Source of the DNA: Pseudomonadota bacterium | GTDB taxonomy: Bacteria > Pseudomonadota > Gammaproteobacteria > Pseudomonadales > Alcanivoracaceae | Length of the DNA stretch: 64,000 nucleotides | Direction: 5' to 3' | Assembly: GCA_036230225.1 (NCBI GenBank) | Contig: JAZAJX010000054.1 | Span: 340-64,339, forward strand | Shown: positions 58,243-64,000 of the stretch, piece by piece | Layout: the number at the start of each line of letters is the position of its first letter | Position numbering within the stretch: position 1 is the first letter of the stretch | Notes under the pieces: model-generated | What the model saw: only the letters and a program-made list of their open reading frames with translations | The model's database searches: none | Told to the model about the DNA's origin: nothing | Made by a program: the position numbers and the translations under genes

Positions 58243-58680
58243 TTACTCCGGATGGGTCTGGAAGCCGACACTGAAGCGGTTCCACATATTGATGACGCCG
58301 ATCACATAGGTCAGATCAGTGCGTTCCTTTTCGGTGAAATGTTTGGCCAGGGCCGCGTAGGCGGCATCACCGTCACCGCCATGGCTGAGACGGGTGAGAT
58401 ACTCGGTCCAGCCCAGGGCGGCCTGTTCCCGTTCGCTGAACCAGTCGGTATCCCGCCAGCCGGCCACGGTATCGATCCGGGCATCGTCTTCGCCCAGTTT
58501 GCGGGCCTGGCCGGCATGCATGTGCATGCAGAAGGCGCAGCCGTTGATCTGCGAGGCCCGCAGTTCCACCAGCGCAATCAAGGTTTTTTCCAGCCCGGTG
58601 GCGTCGATCACAGCCTGGCTGTTGAACATGGCTTTCATGGTGTCCGGGGAGGCCGTGTAGTAGTTGAAACGGGCTTTCAT
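58243..58680 (-). CDS. Carboxymuconolactone decarboxylase/AhpD family protein
   Basis: RASQINGCAFCMHMH motif. Confidence 0.92.
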   Translation of the reverse strand: MKARFNYYTASPDTMKAMFNSQAVIDATGLEKTLIALVELRASQINGCAFCMHMHAGQARKLGEDDARIDTVAGWRDTDWFSEREQAALGWTEYLTRLSHGGDGDAAYAALAKHFTEKERTDLTYVIGVINMWNRFSVGFQTHPE

Positions 58681-58749
58681 GGTGTCTCCTGTGAATCGAG
58701 GTTGTGAGCAATCCGGCTTTTAATTTACGGTCAGGCGGTTTAGAAGAAA

Positions 58750-58781
58750 GGTCCAATTCGGGCGATTCCAGGAGACCAATT
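58750..58781. promoter_or_regulatory. Putative MocR-type operator repeats
   Basis: GTCCAATT...GACCAATT direct repeats in the divergent gap. Confidence 0.5.
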
Positions 58782-60172
58782 TGCAACTGCATCTTTCTCT
58801 GAGTGGCGAGGGCCCCCTGCGCACCCGCCTGTATCAGGACTTGCGTGAAGCGTTGCTGGACGGTCGCCTGCAACAGGGAGACCGCTTGCCGCCCAGCCGT
58901 ACCCTGGCCGCAGAGCTGGGCCTTTCCCGGCAGCTTGTGGTGGAGGCTTATGAGCGTTTGATTGCGGAAGGGTTTTTGGCTACCCGGCCAGGTAGTGGCA
59001 CCTTTGTGGAGCGCCTGCCGCCGGGCCGGGAAACGGCGCTGATGCCGGTGGGGGTAACGCCGGGTGCGCACTGGCGTTCCCGCCCTCTTTGGGGCGACAT
59101 GCCGGCACGGCGTTTCAACTTTGCCGGCGGCGTCACCGAGCGATCACAGTTGCCCTGGTCAGCCTGGCGGCGTTGCCTGCAGCAGGCCATGCGTGACGAA
59201 CAGGGGGAACGTCGACTCTACGGTGACCCTCAGGGCGACCTGCGCCTGCGTCGGGGGGTGGCGGATTATCTGGGGTTCAGCCGTGGTCTGCCCTGTGACA
59301 GTGAGCAGTTACTGATTACGCAGGGGGCGCAGCAAGGGCTGGACCTGCTGGCGCGGGTCCGGGTGGCCCCCGGGGATGTGGTGGCTCTGGAAGACCCGGG
59401 CTACCCGCCGGCGCGGTCCGTGTTCGAGGCTGCAGGGGCCAGAGTGGTCTCGGTGCCGGTGGATGAGGAGGGCATTTGCGTGGACCGGATTCCCGCAGAC
59501 GCCCGGTTGGTTTATGTGACCCCGTCCCACCAGTTTCCCCTGGGTATGCCCATGAGTCTGCCGCGGCGGCTGGCCTTGCTGGAGCTGGCCCGGCAGCGGG
59601 ATATGCTGATAGTGGAAGATGACTATGATGGCGAGTACCGTTTTGCCGGGCGCCCTCTGGAGGCGCTCAAGCGACTGGATCACCATCAGCAGGTTGCTTA
59701 TCTGGGTACCTTTTCCAAGGTTCTGCATGCCTCATTCCGGATGGGATATATGGTCATGCCGGACGGTTTGCGGGACGCCCTGCTGCAGGCCAAATTCCTG
59801 TCGGATGCCTACAGCAACGCGCTTACCCAGCGGGCCCTGGGGCATCTGATGGAGCAGGGGGATTTCGCGCGCCATCTGCGCCGTATGCAGCGTCGCTATG
59901 CGGCGCGGCGTAGCCGATTGCTTGCGGCACTGGAGGCGGTGCCCGAGTTTCAGGTGCTGCCGCAGATGGCCGGGCTGCACATGGCGGTGGAAATGCCCTG
60001 CGACCCGGCAAGGCGGATGGCAGCGCTGGCGCGCGAGCAGGTCACGGCCACGCCGCTGTCGGCGCTTTATGCACAACGGGCGCCGCGCAACGGACTTTTG
60101 CTGGGGTTCGGTGACCTGGCCGATGAGACGATCGAGGAGGGGGTGAGCGCCCTGGCGCGGGCGCTACGCTAG
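58781..60172 (+). CDS. MocR/GntR family regulator with PLP-aminotransferase domain
   Basis: LPPSRTLA HTH, TPSHQFPLG, EDDYDGEY and GTFSK motifs. Confidence 0.93.
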   Translation: MQLHLSLSGEGPLRTRLYQDLREALLDGRLQQGDRLPPSRTLAAELGLSRQLVVEAYERLIAEGFLATRPGSGTFVERLPPGRETALMPVGVTPGAHWRSRPLWGDMPARRFNFAGGVTERSQLPWSAWRRCLQQAMRDEQGERRLYGDPQGDLRLRRGVADYLGFSRGLPCDSEQLLITQGAQQGLDLLARVRVAPGDVVALEDPGYPPARSVFEAAGARVVSVPVDEEGICVDRIPADARLVYVTPSHQFPLGMPMSLPRRLALLELARQRDMLIVEDDYDGEYRFAGRPLEALKRLDHHQQVAYLGTFSKVLHASFRMGYMVMPDGLRDALLQAKFLSDAYSNALTQRALGHLMEQGDFARHLRRMQRRYAARRSRLLAALEAVPEFQVLPQMAGLHMAVEMPCDPARRMAALAREQVTATPLSALYAQRAPRNGLLLGFGDLADETIEEGVSALARALR

Positions 60173-60182
60173 TTCCCCAGGG

Positions 60183-61379
60183 TCACGGGGCATCCAGGAT
60201 GCCGGCGTGGGTCAGGACTTCCTGGTCCGGGAAGCCGTCGGCCACCATGTCGTTGGCCTGCTGATAGCGGGCAATCGCCTTGCGAGTGCCGGGGCCCATG
60301 AGGCCGTCTTCCTCGCCGGCATCAAAGCCCTGTTCATTCAGGCGCTGCTGCAACCGTGTGACCTGCTCCCGGTTCAGACGCGGTGCCGCTGGCGGTGCTT
60401 TTGACAGGGGGCCCGCACCGGCGATGCGATCTGCCAGGCGCCCCACGGCAATGGCGTAGGATTCGGAACGGTTCCAGCCCATGATGACCCGGAAATTCTG
60501 GTAGGCCAGAAATGCCGGCCCCTGATGCCCGGCAGGAACGATCACGGCTGCTTCCATCTCGGCGGCGGGCAGCGGTCGGCCGTCCGGCAGGGTGAGTCCC
60601 AGCGCGGCCCAGTCACGTAATGGACGTTGGTTGCCGAAGCCGGTCAACTGATAGTCAAAGCCCGAGGGTAAAAGGATTTCACGGCCCCAGCGCTCTTCAC
60701 GCTGCCAGCCGAGGCTCTGCAGAAAATGCGCGGCGGATGCCAGAGCGTCCTCGGTGCTGCCCCAGAGGTCACGGCGCCCGTCGCCATCGTGATCCTGGGC
60801 ATGCTTGAGGAAGACGGCCGGCATGAACTGGGTCTGGCCCATGGCCCCGGCCCAGGAGCCTTTCATCTGCGAGACCTGTACATCGCCGGCCTGCAGAATG
60901 CGCAAGGCATTGAACAGCTCCCCTTGAAAGTAGTCACCGCGCCGGCCTTCACAGGTGAGGGTGGCCAGGGCGTCCAGCGTGGGGATATTGCCCAGGTAGC
61001 CACCATAATTGGTTTCCAGTCCCCAAAAGGCGACCAGGTAGTGGCCGGGTACGCCGTACTGACGGGTCAGGCGGTTCAACAGCTCGGCGTGGTCGCGGTA
61101 TTTCTTGCGGCCTTTTTCGATGCGTTGCTCACTGACACGACGTTGAAAGTAGTCGGCAAAGCTGCTGGTGAATTCCGGCTGGCTGCGGTCCAGCTCTACC
61201 ACGCGCTCGTTGAGTTTGGCGTCATCCAGATACTGGCTGATCACCTGGGCTGGCAGCCCGGCATCCAGTCCTGCCTGGCGCAGTTTGCTGATGCACAGGG
61301 CGAAACTTTCCGAGTCCAGCGCCTGGGCCGGAAGGCTGCAACAAAGGAACAGAGCAATCAGCGAAAAGCGGGTGAGCAT
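60183..61379 (-). CDS. Lytic murein transglycosylase (MltB/SltB type) with peptidoglycan-binding domain
   Basis: DRSQPEF, WGLETNYG and GSWAGAMGQTQFMP motifs. Confidence 0.93.
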   Translation of the reverse strand: MLTRFSLIALFLCCSLPAQALDSESFALCISKLRQAGLDAGLPAQVISQYLDDAKLNERVVELDRSQPEFTSSFADYFQRRVSEQRIEKGRKKYRDHAELLNRLTRQYGVPGHYLVAFWGLETNYGGYLGNIPTLDALATLTCEGRRGDYFQGELFNALRILQAGDVQVSQMKGSWAGAMGQTQFMPAVFLKHAQDHDGDGRRDLWGSTEDALASAAHFLQSLGWQREERWGREILLPSGFDYQLTGFGNQRPLRDWAALGLTLPDGRPLPAAEMEAAVIVPAGHQGPAFLAYQNFRVIMGWNRSESYAIAVGRLADRIAGAGPLSKAPPAAPRLNREQVTRLQQRLNEQGFDAGEEDGLMGPGTRKAIARYQQANDMVADGFPDQEVLTHAGILDAP

Positions 61380-61476
61380 GGGGTCTCCGAAACCGTGGCA
61401 GGGCAATCAATGACAGGCAGTTTACGACGGCCCTGCCACGGTTTCATCGGGAAAATTGCAAAAATGCCGAGTGGGT

Positions 61477-61875
61477 TCAGGGCGCGTTTTCCGGCGCTTC
61501 CCAATGAATGGTGACGGTTCGTTTTCCCCATTCCCGCGCATCGGCACGGTCCGCCATGAGGATGTCGATCTTGTCGGTCCAGCGCTTGTTCATCTTGTCG
61601 AGCACCACATAGGTACCCAGGCCTTCGACCTCCACTTCCGTGCGGTGCGTCAGGCCCTTGGGTATCAGATCTCGTGAGACGGCAATGGCTTTCATGCCGG
61701 GCTCAAGCTGGTCTCCCCAGGCGGCCAGGCCCACATTGCCTTTCTTGGTTTCTGCTTCAGACAAGGTATAGGCCGTGGCTGTCACTTCCTGACTGATCAT
61801 GTTGGCGCTGTCGCCACAGCCGAGCAGCAGGGCCAGTGCGCCGACGGTGGCGGTAAGGCGTATTGTTGGTGTCAT
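61477..61875 (-). CDS. 3D domain lipoprotein
   Basis: VTATAY, IAVSRDL and DKM..RW..KIDI motifs; lipobox. Confidence 0.88.
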   Translation of the reverse strand: MTPTIRLTATVGALALLLGCGDSANMISQEVTATAYTLSEAETKKGNVGLAAWGDQLEPGMKAIAVSRDLIPKGLTHRTEVEVEGLGTYVVLDKMNKRWTDKIDILMADRADAREWGKRTVTIHWEAPENAP

Positions 61876-62001
61876 GAAATCCCCTTCTTTTCGTACCAGC
61901 CTTTACCGTGGCAAAGGATCTGTGAAGGGGTCATGAAGCTAGGTCCGGTTAACACACGACCGAAATGGCACCTGCTGAAGGCATTGTTTCGTCCAGTCGT
62001 G

Positions 62002-62910
62002 TCAGGCTGGCGTTTCGTGGAGTTCCCGACGGACTCGCACGGCCGTAGAGCGGGCGCGAATGTAGCGCCCCCTCGCTTCACAGTGGGCGCGACTGAAGGC
62101 AGCACCCAGCAACAGAATCATGGACGAGTAGTACACCCACATGAGGAGTATCACCAGCGAGCCGGCAGCGCCGTAGGTCGAGGCGGTGGCGGTATGGGAC
62201 AGATAAAGGCCGATCAGGGCTCGGCCGATGGCGAACAGGATGGCGGTGACCAGCGCGGCGGGTGCCACATCCTTCCAGCTCAATACCACATCGGGCAGCA
62301 GGCGGAAGATCATGCTGAACAGCAGGGCGATGACCACCACCGACACCAGCACCTCCATGGCCAGGGCAAGGCTGGCATGGAAGGGAACCCAGTTTTCCGC
62401 ATACACCAGCAGGGTCTGCACGGCCACATTGAGGAGCAGGGAAACCAGCAAGACGAAGCCCAGTGACACCACCACGGTCAGGGACAGCAACCGGCTTTTG
62501 ATGAGTGCCATGACCGTGTTGCGCGAGGGACGGGGGACGACCTCCCAGATCGCATTCATGGAGCGCTGCATCTGTGCAAACACGGTGGTGGCGCCGATGA
62601 TCATCACGGCCAGGCTCAGCAGGCCGGCAAGGATGCCCTGGCTGGGCGCCCGGGTGTTGGCGATGGCGTTGCGAATTTCTTCCGTGGCGGCGGGGCCGAC
62701 AGTGGCTTCCAGTTGGCCGAGAATTTCTGTCATGGCGGCTTCGCTGCTCATGACCAGGGAGATGACTTTCACCGCCAGGATGATGACCGGGGCGATGGAG
62801 AACAGGGTGAAAAAAGCCAGGGCGCCGGCGTAACTGGGCGCATTCCCGTCCAGCCACAGGCGCAGGGTCTGTTTGAGGATGCCGAACCAGTAGAGAAAGG
62901 TATCTTTCAT
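62002..62910 (-). CDS. YihY/BrkB family membrane protein
   Basis: ALAFFTLFSIAP and YGAAGSLVILLMWVYYS motifs. Confidence 0.92.
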   Translation of the reverse strand: MKDTFLYWFGILKQTLRLWLDGNAPSYAGALAFFTLFSIAPVIILAVKVISLVMSSEAAMTEILGQLEATVGPAATEEIRNAIANTRAPSQGILAGLLSLAVMIIGATTVFAQMQRSMNAIWEVVPRPSRNTVMALIKSRLLSLTVVVSLGFVLLVSLLLNVAVQTLLVYAENWVPFHASLALAMEVLVSVVVIALLFSMIFRLLPDVVLSWKDVAPAALVTAILFAIGRALIGLYLSHTATASTYGAAGSLVILLMWVYYSSMILLLGAAFSRAHCEARGRYIRARSTAVRVRRELHETPA

Positions 62911-62953
62911 CGTGGCCTGTCATCAGCGAGTGTTCGGGCAGTGTAGCGGGGGG

Positions 62954-63134
62954 GAGTTGCAAGTGGAAAGTTTAAAGTTGCAAAGCGCGGGGATGTGGCG
63001 TTGCCAAACGGGCTGCCCGGGTGCTCCGCGCTGGAAAGCAGGAGGAAGCTATGCCGCCGAGAGGTGCGGCACGGGCAAGGCGGTTCCGTTTACGGCTTAC
63101 CTTGCCCGCGCGTTGCAACGTTTAACTTGCAACT
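62954..63134. repeat. Heptad-arm inverted element
   Basis: Arms 62954-62991 and 63105-63134; the right arm is 4 bp from the ndh stop. Confidence 0.82.
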
Positions 63135-63138
63135 GATA

Positions 63139-64000
63139 TCAATGCAGCTTCAACCTCGGCCGCACCAGCTTGTTGAAGCGCCCGGCGATCAGCAGCATGA
63201 GCGTTCGCGGCCAGCCGTACAGGGCCGCCTGGTGCATGCGGTACAGGCTGATATACATCATTCGCGCCAGCCAGCCTTCCACGAAGAAATTGCCGCCTTT
63301 CAGATTGCCCATCAACATCCCGACGGAACTGTAATTGGACAGGGACACCAGGGAGCCATGGTCCTTGTACTGGAAAGGGCGTGGCTCACGTTTCATGATC
63401 AGCTGTTGCAGGCTGCGGGCAGTGTGCTGGGCCATCTGCTGAGCGGATTGGGCTCGCGGCGGAATGGGACGCTCCTCGCCTTCGGGAATCAGGAAGGCTG
63501 CATCACCGATGATGAAAATGTTCTTGTGACCCTTGGCCTGCAGGGTCGGCTCCACTTCCACCTGGTTGATACGGTTGGTGGTGAGCCCCTGAATCTGGCC
63601 CAGCCAGTCCGGGCACTTCACCCCGGCGGCCCATACCAGCAGGTCTGCTTCGATCGCCTCGCCATCCTTGGGGATAAAGGCATCAGGGGTGGCTTCAGCC
63701 ACCATGACCCCCGTGCGAACCTTGACGCCCAGGGCTTCCAGACGCTGGGTGGCCGTAGCAGAAACACGCTCGCTGAGTACCGGCAAAATCCGGGGCGCCG
63801 CCTCAATCACATCCACCTGCAGGTGCTTGCGATCCAGCTTCTCATGACCGTAGAAATTGAGCATGGACACCGCATGGTGCAGTTCAGCGGCCAGTTCCAC
63901 ACCGGTGGCGCCGCCACCGACGATGGCCACGGAAACCGGTTTGCCTTCGTAGTTGGCATGCAGGCAGGCATTGAGGAAACGTTCGCGAAAACGTTCAGCC
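63139..64000 (-). CDS. ndh: Type II NADH dehydrogenase, partial (5' end outside window)
   Basis: IVGGGATGVELAAEL, VWAAG, PPRAQSAQQ and Y.D.GSLVSL motifs. Confidence 0.92.
   Translation of the reverse strand, partial: AERFRERFLNACLHANYEGKPVSVAIVGGGATGVELAAELHHAVSMLNFYGHEKLDRKHLQVDVIEAAPRILPVLSERVSATATQRLEALGVKVRTGVMVAEATPDAFIPKDGEAIEADLLVWAAGVKCPDWLGQIQGLTTNRINQVEVEPTLQAKGHKNIFIIGDAAFLIPEGEERPIPPRAQSAQQMAQHTARSLQQLIMKREPRPFQYKDHGSLVSLSNYSSVGMLMGNLKGGNFFVEGWLARMMYISLYRMHQAALYGWPRTLMLLIAGRFNKLVRPRLKLH

Noticed and set aside
1-64000. tRNA, rRNA, transposase, integrase or reverse transcriptase genes
   Set aside because: None recognised. Any enzyme mobilising the repeat families must be encoded outside this window.

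Overview
GC-rich gammaproteobacterial chromosomal window. The gene set and order (yheS-TIGR02444...fkpA-rsd...dsbB, gshA-tex...ompR-envZ) suggest a marine Alcanivorax/Marinobacter-like organism; this is an inference. It holds about 60 CDS and no recognisable rRNA, tRNA, CRISPR array or transposase. Main loci: (1) the first three genes of a Zorya type III-like anti-phage operon at the left edge; (2) a Fur-boxed imelysin/di-haem DUF1111/imelysin/DUF1513 iron operon; (3) a MerR-CDF metal locus; (4) an ECF42-YciI module with its promoter; (5) an ECF/RskA pair facing a DUF4331-lipoprotein-TPR-HupE operon through two back-to-back matching promoters; (6) a Fur-boxed RND pump with an extra C-terminal membrane domain; (7) a candidate sRNA downstream of envZ. 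The most striking unexplained structure is a dispersed family of about 180-230 bp elements. Their inverted arms are built from 7-bp units (AGTTGCA/AGTTGAA/AGTTTCA...GCGCG), their cores are unrelated to each other, and they sit on or next to stop codons. IS5-type MITEs and REP doublets are also present. All product calls come from motif and family recognition by eye, with no database search. Start codons were refined manually.
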